A stretch of DNA of 64,000 bases from an uncultured virus (IMG/VR IMGVR_UViG_3300009093_000007) (lineage: Duplodnaviria > Heunggongvirae > Uroviricota > Caudoviricetes), in IMG/VR virus record IMGVR_UViG_3300009093_000007; one strand, written 5' to 3'. The first letter of the stretch is position 1, and the number at the start of each line of letters is the position of its first letter. Positions 18,572-28,863 of the stretch are shown one piece after another. Both the position numbers and the translations under genes were made by a program. Below the pieces are notes generated by a model. The model searched no databases. It was not told the origin of the DNA and saw only the letters and a program-made list of their open reading frames with translations.

Positions 18572-20884
18572 GTGCAACATAGGTATAATCAAATTGTCAG
18601 TATAGCGGCGGCTACGTTGGCGGTATTCGTTTGTAGCACTAACGCCCATGCTCAGGACATACCTATCACCGGCCTGCCGCACGTATCGAGCATACAACCA
18701 ACAGACGCATTTATCTTCCAACGGGCTGGAGCTACACGAGACAACTTCATCTACCAGTCTGAGTTATTCAGTGGATACGCTTCGCTCGCCACACCGGCTA
18801 TAAGCTGGGCAGTATACGCTGCCGACTATGGCGTCGGTGTAAGTAGCTCGGCCGCAACCAACGATGCCGGTATCGCCGCCGCTATTGCTGCCCTGCCCGC
18901 TTCCGGCGGCACCGTCGTACTACCGTGCGGTAATGGAATAAGTATCTCTGCTACGATTACACTCGGCAACGCGACGACCACAACCGCAAGCACTCGCAAC
19001 GGTATTACACTGACCGGTTGCGGTACCGGCCCCGACGGTATCAATATGGCAGCCGTCTCCGGCGCTACCCGTCTCATCTGGGCAGGATCGGCAGGCGGAA
19101 GGATGGTAGAAATTCACGGCCCAATCGAGGGAGTCAACCTCAGTGATTTCACACTCGACGGTGCCGGTCTAGCGGCTCAACTTATCCACTCCTACCGATC
19201 TTTTCAACAAGACGTACGTCGAATGAGCCTCATCCAGTGGACGGGTACCGCAATCGCAATTGATGCCGATGGAACCTATACCGGTGCCGGTGGCGGCGGT
19301 GGCGGTGGTGCGCCGTTCCAACAAACTAGGGAACTAGTTAATATCATTAACCCTTCGTCTACCTCCGCTAATGCTGTTACGATTGGATCGAACGTCAACG
19401 GCAACTACAACGTTAACGAAGTGACGTTCACGCGGTGCCAACTAGAACGCGGTAATACAGACAACGCCTATTCTCTTTGGCTCGGTAATGTAGACCACGC
19501 AACCTTTGTTCACTCTTGGTTCCTTCGTCGTAGTTCCACTACCGGTAAGGCGATTATCGTTGCACCTCAGTCCGGCGCGCCTACTTGGCCTAGCAATATA
19601 ACCTTCATCGCATCCCCTCTTCAGGGCGGCATCTATCTCGATCAATCCGCAGCTACGTGGTCGAATACCGCTAATCCGGCGCTTCTTTTTTACCCATTCT
19701 ACACTGCTGACAGTCAAGCCATTCCGCCTGTCGGAGCGATCTCGACTACTCTTCCCGCGACCCTTGTTGGCGGTATGACAGATACCGGCATGCCGCTTTC
19801 CGGTAGTCAAACGCGTATCTCTCTGTCTACAAATCAAGGTATGTCAGCTAATCAAGAAGCGTTCGGCAATAACGGTATCCTTTTCGAGGGTGCAACGTCC
19901 GATGCCTTCGAGACCTTTCTGACCGTGACCGATCCGACTGCCGACCGTACGATTACTCTACCGAATGTGAGCGGAACTGTCGTTACAACCGGCGACACCG
20001 CGACCGTTACCGCTGGTATGCTTGCTAACGCTCTTCCGGCGAACACGACCGCTGTAGCAAACCAATTCTTTACGGCTTATAATTCGGCCACAGGGGCATA
20101 CACAAAAGCTCAACCGGCGTTCACGGACATATCCGGCGTCACGACTATCGGCCAGATTCCCACCGGCACAACGTCCACGACCGTGGCACTAGGCAACTCC
20201 AAAACAAACGGCCCCGGCGGCTCAAAATATAGCACCGATCGTATACCGTCGTCAAATACAGACGCCCCTTGCACAGATGAATTCCTTACGGCTACAGAAT
20301 CCGGAACTTGGCGCTGGGGTAATCAAGGCTCAAGCACTCAAGCTTTGACCGGCGATGTTCGCCAGATCACAATCGGCGCTGAAACAACCAATGTCCACGT
20401 TAGGTGGTGTACGCCGCCCGCCGCAACGGATTGGACGTTTGGCGCCAAAGTATCATGTTTCGCATCAAACTCAGCGAATGCCTGTGGCCTTGCGGTCCTA
20501 GAAACCGGCACAGAGGCCACACCCACCGCTCTGTCGTTCGTCCTAGAAGGTAACGGCAACGGTACCCCGGTCTATGTAACAAAGACCTCTTACACGTCGG
20601 CCTATGCTGGCACAGCCGGTGGGCCGCTTACTTGGGGATCGCTCTTGACAGCCGGTCTCACACACTGGCAAGAAATCACCTACGTATCAAGCTCTAAGAC
20701 GATAGCGTATAAGATCTCACTCGACGGGATCTTTTGGTTTCAGGTCAACTCAAAGGTTTTAGGCGCTAACCCGGTATCGCTCGGTACTTTTGTAGACGCC
20801 AATACAGCTTCAAATACGGGGCTAACAGGGATCTTCTACTACACTCGTTTAGTCAAATCGTCCAACGGATTGATAGGGCAGTAG
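18572..20884 (+). CDS. tailspike/fibre-like protein with pectate-lyase-like beta-helix and C-terminal lectin-like domain; N-terminal signal peptide
   Basis: GGAGG then GTG at 18572; AADYGVG..ATNDAGIAAAIAA..GGTVVLP beta-helix start; DPTADRTITLPN fibre motif. Confidence 0.7.
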   Translation: MQHRYNQIVSIAAATLAVFVCSTNAHAQDIPITGLPHVSSIQPTDAFIFQRAGATRDNFIYQSELFSGYASLATPAISWAVYAADYGVGVSSSAATNDAGIAAAIAALPASGGTVVLPCGNGISISATITLGNATTTTASTRNGITLTGCGTGPDGINMAAVSGATRLIWAGSAGGRMVEIHGPIEGVNLSDFTLDGAGLAAQLIHSYRSFQQDVRRMSLIQWTGTAIAIDADGTYTGAGGGGGGGAPFQQTRELVNIINPSSTSANAVTIGSNVNGNYNVNEVTFTRCQLERGNTDNAYSLWLGNVDHATFVHSWFLRRSSTTGKAIIVAPQSGAPTWPSNITFIASPLQGGIYLDQSAATWSNTANPALLFYPFYTADSQAIPPVGAISTTLPATLVGGMTDTGMPLSGSQTRISLSTNQGMSANQEAFGNNGILFEGATSDAFETFLTVTDPTADRTITLPNVSGTVVTTGDTATVTAGMLANALPANTTAVANQFFTAYNSATGAYTKAQPAFTDISGVTTIGQIPTGTTSTTVALGNSKTNGPGGSKYSTDRIPSSNTDAPCTDEFLTATESGTWRWGNQGSSTQALTGDVRQITIGAETTNVHVRWCTPPAATDWTFGAKVSCFASNSANACGLAVLETGTEATPTALSFVLEGNGNGTPVYVTKTSYTSAYAGTAGGPLTWGSLLTAGLTHWQEITYVSSSKTIAYKISLDGIFWFQVNSKVLGANPVSLGTFVDANTASNTGLTGIFYYTRLVKSSNGLIGQ

Positions 20885-20941
20885 TGGCTATAACGTGGCG
20901 ATAAGAAGGCAAAACAGGGGCAAATAAGGGTAATAATCATT

Positions 20942-21889
20942 ATGTCATCGCCGATTATCGCTAGCCCTGCCCTATCCGATTCTATTGTACTAGTCGGCGG
21001 CGTCACGGCCGGATCTATGCCGTTATCGTATCTACAAACCGATCAACCCAGCGACCGCACGCGATTTACTGATCTAAGCGTCTTGTACGCTCCCGGTGGC
21101 GGATCGGCTGTAGCCTCATCTGGTGCATATGTTGTATTAGATTTCGGAACACCAGTCGCCTTACATCTACACTACTTCGGAATGACAAATGCCAGTACAT
21201 TCGCTGCGATTCGTAAAAGAGGCGGAAATAACCCCGATCCTACAATATCACCGGTGTATGATACTGTAATAGGACTAGGCACAGGATCGGCTCATGACAT
21301 ACCATTAGCACCAGTCGATGGGTTGAAAGCTGTTGGTATATCTAAAATCCCGCATATCGATTTCAGCTCCGCAGGTTTTGGCGGATCATCATTTCGATAT
21401 TGGCGGTTTGATTTTATCGATCCAGACAATCCGGACGGCTATCTAGACATCGGTCGCATGATCTTAGCGTCCTTCTCCTCTATCAATGGCGCTCCGCCGT
21501 CGTGTTATCAATTCCCGCGTGGCGTGTCAGCGTCCAATAGTTCAATCGGATTCAACGAACCGACTGTGCGACTAGAGACAGCTGGCCGTCAAACATATTC
21601 GGCCGTACGTACGCCATTAGATCAGCAGAAGTTTTCCATCGCCGCTGTTAAGGAGTCTGACTTATTAGGTTCTCTCCGTGCGATTCGTGCTACTAGAGGA
21701 AATTCACGTGGCGTATTGTGGATAGAAAATCCCGCCGATCCGGCTGTGATAGCACAAAAGACCGTATACGGCCTAATGACTATTAACGATAGTCCACATT
21801 TAGGGCTTATGGCTGTCGGTGGAGTAGTGGTATTTGCCCCGTACACGCAAGTTTACACAGTTGACGGTTCGATTGTAGCGATGAATTAA
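20942..21889 (+). CDS. minor tail / distal tail-like protein
   Basis: RYWRFDF.DPDNPDGYLDIGR motif seen in tail proteins. Confidence 0.6.
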   Translation: MSSPIIASPALSDSIVLVGGVTAGSMPLSYLQTDQPSDRTRFTDLSVLYAPGGGSAVASSGAYVVLDFGTPVALHLHYFGMTNASTFAAIRKRGGNNPDPTISPVYDTVIGLGTGSAHDIPLAPVDGLKAVGISKIPHIDFSSAGFGGSSFRYWRFDFIDPDNPDGYLDIGRMILASFSSINGAPPSCYQFPRGVSASNSSIGFNEPTVRLETAGRQTYSAVRTPLDQQKFSIAAVKESDLLGSLRAIRATRGNSRGVLWIENPADPAVIAQKTVYGLMTINDSPHLGLMAVGGVVVFAPYTQVYTVDGSIVAMN

Positions 21890-22086
21890 ACTAAGATAAG
21901 GTGATCATTAAAATGGGCGAACGTAAGGAACCTACACCGTTGCCTGAAGGCGTACGTAAGCCTATGCCTCCTCCGGCACCACCACCTCCACGCCGCAGCA
22001 CAATTACTATTAAGTTTAGACCAATAAAAGAAACTCTCCGCAACTTATCTGCTTACGATAGTGACGGTATAGTGGTGGACTAGAAA

Positions 22087-22278
22087 ATGTCTATTTTAAC
22101 CGACGATCAACGCGCTATCTTCGACGCTTGGTACACGTCACACAGCAAGTCGACTCTAGACGTCGCCGATCCTGACACCTTGCGAGTGCTAGCGGAGGCG
22201 TCATTCGAGGAAGGGGTTAAGGCGGCGGAGTCGCGATCGGCTGAAAGCTACGAAACTAGGTATGGCGGTAAAAAGTAG
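22087..22278 (+). CDS. hypothetical protein
   Basis: Operon spacing. Confidence 0.5.
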   Translation: MSILTDDQRAIFDAWYTSHSKSTLDVADPDTLRVLAEASFEEGVKAAESRSAESYETRYGGKK

Positions 22279-22287
22279 GCTATCACC

Positions 22288-23139
22288 ATGGCTAACGACA
22301 AATCACCGGCTTTAGTCGGCGTCTCCACTTCCACCGTTGGTACAGGCGACTACGCTTGTGGCACAGCTCTCCCCGGCTTTCGCACGTTCAACTCCGGTGT
22401 ACTATCAGACGGCGATACATTCCCGTACGAATGTATTGACAAGACGACCACGCCATACACTTTCGAGCGCGGCCGTGGGCGGTTCAATGCCGGGCCTAAC
22501 ACTGTCACACGCGTACTAGTCACATCCAACAGTGCCAATAACACAGCTCCTATCTCATGGGGCGCTGGCGGCTCGCGCAATCTATTCATAGACGACGGCG
22601 ACCAAGCCACGGCCAGATCAGTATTGGGACTAGACACAGCGGCGTATCTTCCGGTCGGTACAGGCGCCAATCAGATCGTCCAACTCGATGGTACCGCTCA
22701 TATTCCGACATCACTCTATACGACTCTGCCACACACCCATTCGTCAATCGTCTCGTCTATAGCATGGGCGGGCGGGTCTAACTCAAATATCCTAAAGTGG
22801 TCCTCGGCCGGTGTATTAGCTGCTGCCGGGCTGGGCGATTCGGTTACCGCTCTATGGCCATTATGGGCAAAAGGTTCGGACGGCGTATATTACACATTCG
22901 GCGAAGTGCCGTTCACCGGGGTTGTGGCTGGACAGCGTTACTATCTCGGAGTAGCTGGCGCTATCTCTACCACATTTTCCAACGGCGTAAACGACATACC
23001 GGACGGTACGCATATTATGGTAATAGTAGGGTATGGCGCCGCGACCGGTGTATTGTTCTTTAACCCATCGCATCCGTTCGCGTCTATCTTGTCCTCTGGT
23101 ACGGCGTTGAAGCTTGAGCATGGCGACTTTAAGGTGTAA
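22288..23139 (+). CDS. tail fibre-related protein
   Basis: STSTVGTG...GFRTF...FERGRG..TVTR N-terminal fibre module; VGTGANQIVQLDG repeat. Confidence 0.65.
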   Translation: MANDKSPALVGVSTSTVGTGDYACGTALPGFRTFNSGVLSDGDTFPYECIDKTTTPYTFERGRGRFNAGPNTVTRVLVTSNSANNTAPISWGAGGSRNLFIDDGDQATARSVLGLDTAAYLPVGTGANQIVQLDGTAHIPTSLYTTLPHTHSSIVSSIAWAGGSNSNILKWSSAGVLAAAGLGDSVTALWPLWAKGSDGVYYTFGEVPFTGVVAGQRYYLGVAGAISTTFSNGVNDIPDGTHIMVIVGYGAATGVLFFNPSHPFASILSSGTALKLEHGDFKV

Positions 23140-23186
23140 TGTAGCGACCGGTCAATAAACTAGAAACGTAGAATTGGAGAACGTAA

Positions 23187-23816
23187 ATGGAAACCTACCG
23201 CAGCATCCCCGTTTGGCTCCGTGTCGGCAATTCGGCAGACGAAATCATCTATCGCGACCGCTCCGGCGCCGTCGCCCGTGCGTCATGGTTACCTGACGAA
23301 TCGCACGACACATTTGGCGTAAAAATCGGCGGCGAAGACTCCCCCGTCTCGGGTACCTTAGTCGGCGAACGGTATTCCCGTCAGCTCCTCCAACAGGCTA
23401 TCCGGGTGGGCGCCCTACCGCTGCGTACTGATTATGTCGTGACGGACCGCGATGACGACCTTATGAAGCTGGTAGCGATTGGCGACCTCCCCGCTTGGGA
23501 CGCTCTCGTAGCGCCTGTCCTGGCCCGTCTACACCTGTCTGCTCCTCCTAGCTCAGGCCCTGGCGACTCCAACCCCGGCGTGGTGCCGCCTACCCCTGGC
23601 CGGCCGGACGGTGGTGTCCTAGAGAAGCCTACGCCCATCGGTACGGCACAGGACCCGGCTATGGGACTGGTGTTTAAGCTTCAGGACGCACTCCGCGGCA
23701 TGGCGGATGTGCAGGTATTTGATGCTGTCAGTTTGAAGATTGTCAAGATGAGCGACACGGAATACTGGCGAACCACGGTGGCGCCGCTGTTGAAGTCGAT
23801 GTTTATGTCGAGCTAA
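23187..23816 (+). CDS. hypothetical protein
   Basis: GGAG RBS; 209 aa. Confidence 0.65.
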   Translation: METYRSIPVWLRVGNSADEIIYRDRSGAVARASWLPDESHDTFGVKIGGEDSPVSGTLVGERYSRQLLQQAIRVGALPLRTDYVVTDRDDDLMKLVAIGDLPAWDALVAPVLARLHLSAPPSSGPGDSNPGVVPPTPGRPDGGVLEKPTPIGTAQDPAMGLVFKLQDALRGMADVQVFDAVSLKIVKMSDTEYWRTTVAPLLKSMFMSS

Positions 23817-23867
23817 GACAGGCTAATCAGACAGACGGACAGCGGCGCGCGCATCGGAGACTGTGAT

Positions 23868-24341
23868 ATGACATATCAACCGCACGGCATGTGCTGGCTC
23901 TGGGATTACCGTCTAATCCTTCTCCATGCGCCGTCCGATTTCGCTACCTTTATCGCATATAGCATCATTGTCATTGTCGCGGCGTACGTCTATCGCTGTG
24001 GCACTCTATCACACCTACGCACGGCTTATCCGCGGCTGTGGAAGTCTGGCGCCGGATTCGTCGGCACATGTGGGCTATCGCACTTGGGAAATTTCCTAGA
24101 AGTGTGGTATGGCGGCAGTCTGTACTGGATGTCGGGCGTTAACAAAGTCATAATGGCAGTATTCTCACTGTACTTCGCCGTACAGTTCTACCGCGTCCGT
24201 GACGAGCTAGTGCTAGCCGGAAGAGTACTCCACGCTTCGGCGGATTTTTTACAGGCACATATTGACGGCGAGCGTGTGGAATTTGATCGTAAACAGCCAC
24301 ATCCGCCGCAGCCGTCGCCACAGCCGCCGCTGTCTCAATAG
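23868..24341 (+). CDS. stand-alone ETR1-type ethylene-binding (Cu) three-TM domain
   Basis: PHGMCWLW...SDFATFIAY...GFVGTCGLSHL...YWMSG..KVIMA.FS aligns to ETR1 SDFFIAIAY/FIVLCGATHL/AKVLTAVVS. Confidence 0.75.
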   Translation: MTYQPHGMCWLWDYRLILLHAPSDFATFIAYSIIVIVAAYVYRCGTLSHLRTAYPRLWKSGAGFVGTCGLSHLGNFLEVWYGGSLYWMSGVNKVIMAVFSLYFAVQFYRVRDELVLAGRVLHASADFLQAHIDGERVEFDRKQPHPPQPSPQPPLSQ

Positions 24342-24361
24342 TGTAACGATAACAGCCGCAC

Positions 24362-24811
24362 ATGCCCATCATCGCTCAAATGCCCGGACTCGATCCCACC
24401 CCCTACACGGCGTGGGGAGTACTTGGTTTGCTTGGCGTGTCGTTAATAGTGATGCTGGGGGTGGTCTGGAAATTAATCACCCAGCAGACAGCCAACATGA
24501 AAACGCGTGATGAGCTAATCATGAATTTCGTAGATCGCCACCGTAGCGAAACAACCAAAACACTAGCCGAAGTCGCTAATACCATAGCGGCATCCGGTGA
24601 GCGTCAAGCCGCTGCCGCTACAGCATCAAATGAAAAGATTGGCGCTATCCTTACCCGCCACACTAGAATGCTGGACGAGGTATTAATGTCTAATCGCGTA
24701 CTAGACAAGATTTCTGCTATGAAACAGTCCGGCGTGACTATGAGTCAAGCCGAAATAGAAACCCTTGTACGGACAATCATGCATGAACGCTCCACTGCCC
24801 GAGAGGGATAG
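24362..24811 (+). CDS. single-TM plus coiled-coil protein, holin-like
   Basis: WGVLGLLGVSLIVMLGVVW TM then helical tail; position after tail genes. Confidence 0.5.
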   Translation: MPIIAQMPGLDPTPYTAWGVLGLLGVSLIVMLGVVWKLITQQTANMKTRDELIMNFVDRHRSETTKTLAEVANTIAASGERQAAAATASNEKIGAILTRHTRMLDEVLMSNRVLDKISAMKQSGVTMSQAEIETLVRTIMHERSTAREG

Positions 24812-24813
24812 AT

Positions 24814-25146
24814 ATGCGCCAGCCGTGGGGGTCTGTCGAGAAGTGGGGGCCGTGTGTGGTAGCGGTTATTGCGCTATTTGCTGTGATAGGGATAGGGTGG
24901 ACTACTTCAAGTCGAATGTCGAAAATCGAAGGACACACATACGCGCATAGTACCGCGCATGATGGGATGGAGATAGCTTTAAGAGCCGAAATTCAAACTT
25001 GGCAAGCGTATGTCGTAAGCCTGCAAGCAATTATGATTAAAAATGGCATTAAAGACGTACCATTGCCGCCTAAACCGTTATCGCCATTATCGTCGCCGTC
25101 GTCATGCCCATCGAACTGCCCGCCAACTAAAAAGAAGGAGAAGTAA
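24814..25146 (+). CDS. single-TM membrane protein (lysis accessory?)
   Basis: VVAVIALFAVIGIGW TM; Pro-rich, basic C-terminus. Confidence 0.5.
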   Translation: MRQPWGSVEKWGPCVVAVIALFAVIGIGWTTSSRMSKIEGHTYAHSTAHDGMEIALRAEIQTWQAYVVSLQAIMIKNGIKDVPLPPKPLSPLSSPSSCPSNCPPTKKKEK

Positions 25147-25150
25147 CATC

Positions 25151-25468
25151 ATGGCCGGAGCCGCATGCAAGGTTATTATCAACAATACCACCCAGGCGCT
25201 ATCTAGATCCCTGGAGACCATCCTCACCAACCCTGATATCCACGGCGGCATGATTCCTGAGCGTGATCGCAAAACGATGTTGCAATCGCTAGCGGACATC
25301 GATATCCTAGCGTTCACCGGCGTGTATAACGCGCCTGGTACGCCTCTAGGACTGCTAGATATCGTCTTAAAGCTTGAGACGTGTGGGCTAATCACAGACG
25401 ACGTGTGGAAGGTGCTGCCTAGGCCGGCTAGGGCGGGGGTTGGAAATGGTGGCATCAAGAAGAGATAG
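25151..25468 (+). CDS. hypothetical protein
   Basis: AAGGAG RBS before ATG 25151. Confidence 0.6.
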   Translation: MAGAACKVIINNTTQALSRSLETILTNPDIHGGMIPERDRKTMLQSLADIDILAFTGVYNAPGTPLGLLDIVLKLETCGLITDDVWKVLPRPARAGVGNGGIKKR

Positions 25469-25492
25469 TCAATAGACCGGGCTGTAAAGTGG

Positions 25493-25531
25493 AAAGGCGC
25501 CTGGAGGTCGACCCACTCAGGCGCCTTTTTT
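25493..25531. terminator. bidirectional intrinsic terminator
   Basis: AAAGGCGCCTG...CAGGCGCCTTTTTT between convergent genes. Confidence 0.8.
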
Positions 25532-25552
25532 CTCTTCTGTGATTCGAGCCGG

Positions 25553-25816
25553 TTACTGTCCTGCCAACCTCGCCAATTCCGTCTCGATAGCCACTTCGAT
25601 AACGACGGCGGCCGCTGCTTTGACGAACGGATTGCCGATCCGCGACAACGCCTGATCGATTAACGGCTTCAGTTCCGCCCGGCCTTCTGGACTGGCGAGG
25701 TAGCTGAATAGAGCGGCGTTGAATGATGTGGCGTCGACGGAGGCGTGCTCGGTAGCGGCGACGGCGGAGGCGGATAGATCTTGTCCGGGTTGTGGCGGAT
25801 TCATTGGGATTTCCAT
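25553..25816 (-). CDS. hypothetical protein
   Basis: GAGGA RBS. Confidence 0.6.
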   Translation of the reverse strand: MEIPMNPPQPGQDLSASAVAATEHASVDATSFNAALFSYLASPEGRAELKPLIDQALSRIGNPFVKAAAAVVIEVAIETELARLAGQ

Positions 25817-25860
25817 AGCCTATAATCCTCTTATCGGTCGACTTGTACGCGCGGTGAATT

Positions 25861-26325
25861 TTAGACACTCGGCGGCGGAGGCGGCGCGGTTGTGGCAATC
25901 GCGGCCTTAACCTTATCGTCCAACGCTTTAAGCTTGGCGGTCAGCTCGACCTCTACCGCGGTATCGCCGTTCGCTTGTGCCTCTGCCAGTTGACGCTTTA
26001 AATCCTCGATCTCTGCCAGATCCTTGGCGATCTCCGCCGAGTCTGCGGCAATCGTAGCCGCCTGTGATGCCTCTGTGGCTTCCGCCGTTGCCAGTGCGTT
26101 AGCCAGGCTATCGACGTCGGTTTCCAGCATGTTCTCGATATTCTTCAAGTCGTCAGCTTCCTTTGACATTCGCTTCTCCATACGGTTAAGTTGGGCGGAC
26201 ATTTGACCTAATTGATGTGTGATGACGTGTAGAGCATTGATGATGTAGTCTACTTTACTTGGGAACACTGGAATGCGGCTCATGGTGACGGGTGAGGTTG
26301 GCGGTTGTGGCAACATTGGTTTCAC
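25861..26325 (-). CDS. acidic coiled-coil protein
   Basis: Heptad-rich; GGGGA RBS; downstream of promoter 26387-26415. Confidence 0.6.
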   Translation of the reverse strand: MKPMLPQPPTSPVTMSRIPVFPSKVDYIINALHVITHQLGQMSAQLNRMEKRMSKEADDLKNIENMLETDVDSLANALATAEATEASQAATIAADSAEIAKDLAEIEDLKRQLAEAQANGDTAVEVELTAKLKALDDKVKAAIATTAPPPPPSV

Positions 26326-26386
26326 ATTTCTATCCCCCTTTAAGGCCGGTTTATTCGGTATTTATTTGGCGTTGTCTGTGTGCATT

Positions 26387-26467
26387 ACTCTACCCTTGTT
26401 GCGGCCACAAGTCAAGAACTTCCGCCTTACTTGCCCGGAACGAAATGTGGTAAGTGTGTGGTAGGCT
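26387..26467. promoter_or_regulatory. divergent promoters: leftward TTGACT-17-TAGAGT; rightward motif plus TGG-TAGGCT
   Basis: Consensus spacing; 23-bp motif at 26417-26439 identical to 35942-35964. Confidence 0.65.
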
Positions 26468-26510
26468 GTGAATCGTCAAGAGGGAGATAAAAGGAAAGGA
26501 CGGTAGTGAA

Positions 26511-26753
26511 ATGGCAGATAATGACATTCACGTCAACCGTACCGGCTATTGGGTTACGTACCGCGCTAATTCTAGCGAAGATCGTGACGACCGCGATATT
26601 ATACGCACGTACGCCTGTACCGATCTGGAGGGGTTGTACGCTCTAATCGACCACTTAACTGGCCGACCTACCGACTCGTTTCCGTTAGACAGTCGCGGAT
26701 TGCCAATAGCGCCGAATGTGACGATTGCATACCCGTTGCATATTTACAGTTAA
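26511..26753 (+). CDS. hypothetical protein
   Basis: AAGGA RBS. Confidence 0.55.
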   Translation: MADNDIHVNRTGYWVTYRANSSEDRDDRDIIRTYACTDLEGLYALIDHLTGRPTDSFPLDSRGLPIAPNVTIAYPLHIYS

Positions 26754-26992
26754 GCCAGAAGGTAACCACTATGAAATACGATCGCCACGGCGCCTGTGCT
26801 CAACGTGGTCAACAGTTCCACCGCCACTCCTATCCAATCGGCCGCGCGACGTTAAAATCCGCTAATAACGTTGAAAGCCCGACTGGATTTAGATCTAGAG
26901 GACCCGCTGCGGAGAGACAAGCGAGAAGATTGGCGCGACAGGCGGAGAGGAAAGATAAAATCGCTGTACACGACAATGGGCGACCCCGGTAA

Positions 26993-28696
26993 ATGTCACT
27001 CGGCCGCGTCACACCCAACCCACCTCCGTCCTCTTCACGTTCGTCACATTTACGTGTCGAGCCATTGGGTGCCGCCGTTCTATCTCCACCCCGTCTCGAC
27101 CCGCGCGCTATCGGTCTACCATCAAAGTTCTCCCGCCTCTACCAGCAACAAGAGGACTGCATACTACAGGCACTATCCTCACCCAAACGATTCATAGGCA
27201 TATTCGCGCCGACCGCTTCCGGTAAAACAGCCATATACGTCTCTATCGCTCTTCTCCGCCACGATCGCGCACAAATCAACGTTCACACTAAAGCACTCCA
27301 AACTCAAATCACCAACGACTTTCCCTCGATATTCTCTATCACCGGTCATCGCAATTACTGCCCGCTAACTGTCTCGGAAGCAGACGCCGACGTCACCGGC
27401 TGTCCATTACGTCAAGCGTGCCGCTATCGGCCGGAAGTAGAATACGCGGCAAAGTCGCAAATAATAGTCACGAACTATTCCCACGATTTCACCATCGCCA
27501 AATCATTCGCACCGGATAGGCTAGGCGACCGCTCATTACTAATCCTAGACGAGGCGCATGGCATCCATGACGAGCTGACCGGTCAAATGACAATTGACAT
27601 ATCGACTGCCCGGATTCATCGCCTCATCAATATGTCTGTGCCGAAATCGCTGTCAACTGTTGACTGGTATGATTGGTCTAGGGAAGCGATAGCTAAATGT
27701 GAAAGCCGCGCTATTACTCTTCACGATGAATACGAATCCGGCAGCACCAGAGGTACAGAACTACGCCGTCTAGGCCGATTATCATCCGATCTGAAACGAT
27801 TCGTCTCCTCGTCTGCCCCGGCCGGCACACCCGGCAGCGCACTCGGCGTTAACCCTCATTTCGCCGCCGTACCCTACGTCGTCAAGCATAAAGACGATTC
27901 CACCTGCTTCCTAATAACACCTGTTCTAGCCAAATCATTCGCCGAAGAATTCCTATTCCGCGGGATCTCCAAAATCATCCTCACATCGGCGTCAATCGAC
28001 CGCAAAGACATGTTTGACCTCGGGATCAAACCAGACGACTTGGAATATATAGAAGTTCCAAGCGTTATCCACCCGTCGCGACGTAAGATCTATTTTACAC
28101 CCACATCTCCACCGACCAGTCTCAAACACCCCGTGTCGAGCGGTGCATTACGTCTCCACTCTATGTTAGCCTCTGAGATCGTCTCCGGACGCCTCGACCG
28201 TCGCGGGTTGATTCAAACCCCGTCCTATCACGTCAATGGTAGATTTCTAGAGGATTTCAAGTTTCGTGACATCGTTATAACTCACGGTGCAGGTGGTGGG
28301 CGAAAGGCTGTCGAGACGTTTAAATCGTCACTAATTCCTAGCGTACTCGTTTCGCCGGCAGTGAGAGAGGGTTATGATTTTCCATATGAAATGTGCTCAT
28401 ACGGAATCATTCTCAAACTTCCATGGCCAAACACACACGACAATCCAGAATTAGCTATGCGATGTAAACTAGACAAGGACTATCGCGAGCGGTTCGTTAC
28501 GCAGCAGATGGAACAAATGATAGGCCGGATTGTGCGTACACCTGGCGATCGGGGCGAAATATTTATCATTGACGAGCAGTGGGGGTGGTTTGTCAAATCT
28601 GCGCCGCTTCATCAGTATGTACGCGATGCGTTGGTAGATTGTTCGGAGAGGGGTAGAGTGCTGCCACTGCCACCGAAGTTGGACTATCAGATATGA
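26993..28696 (+). CDS. DinG/XPD-family SF2 helicase
   Basis: APTASGKT, LILDEAH, EGYDFP, KLPWP, QMIGRIVRTPGDRG. Confidence 0.9.
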   Translation: MSLGRVTPNPPPSSSRSSHLRVEPLGAAVLSPPRLDPRAIGLPSKFSRLYQQQEDCILQALSSPKRFIGIFAPTASGKTAIYVSIALLRHDRAQINVHTKALQTQITNDFPSIFSITGHRNYCPLTVSEADADVTGCPLRQACRYRPEVEYAAKSQIIVTNYSHDFTIAKSFAPDRLGDRSLLILDEAHGIHDELTGQMTIDISTARIHRLINMSVPKSLSTVDWYDWSREAIAKCESRAITLHDEYESGSTRGTELRRLGRLSSDLKRFVSSSAPAGTPGSALGVNPHFAAVPYVVKHKDDSTCFLITPVLAKSFAEEFLFRGISKIILTSASIDRKDMFDLGIKPDDLEYIEVPSVIHPSRRKIYFTPTSPPTSLKHPVSSGALRLHSMLASEIVSGRLDRRGLIQTPSYHVNGRFLEDFKFRDIVITHGAGGGRKAVETFKSSLIPSVLVSPAVREGYDFPYEMCSYGIILKLPWPNTHDNPELAMRCKLDKDYRERFVTQQMEQMIGRIVRTPGDRGEIFIIDEQWGWFVKSAPLHQYVRDALVDCSERGRVLPLPPKLDYQI

Positions 28697-28863
28697 ATAA
28701 TAATAGGAATAATAATAGGTACGGGTGGCATATTCTAGCTAGAGCGCATGACCATATATATAATGCCAAAAGTATACCACTGAAAGAGCGTGTCGAGAGT
28801 TGCTATCTAGTTATTCGGTTAATGATAAATCTGTTACCCGCCCCGAAAAGGAGACCAGTCGCC

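Noticed and set aside
18572..23139. Diversity-generating retroelement targeting fibres
   Set aside because: No reverse transcriptase or TR/VR pair seen
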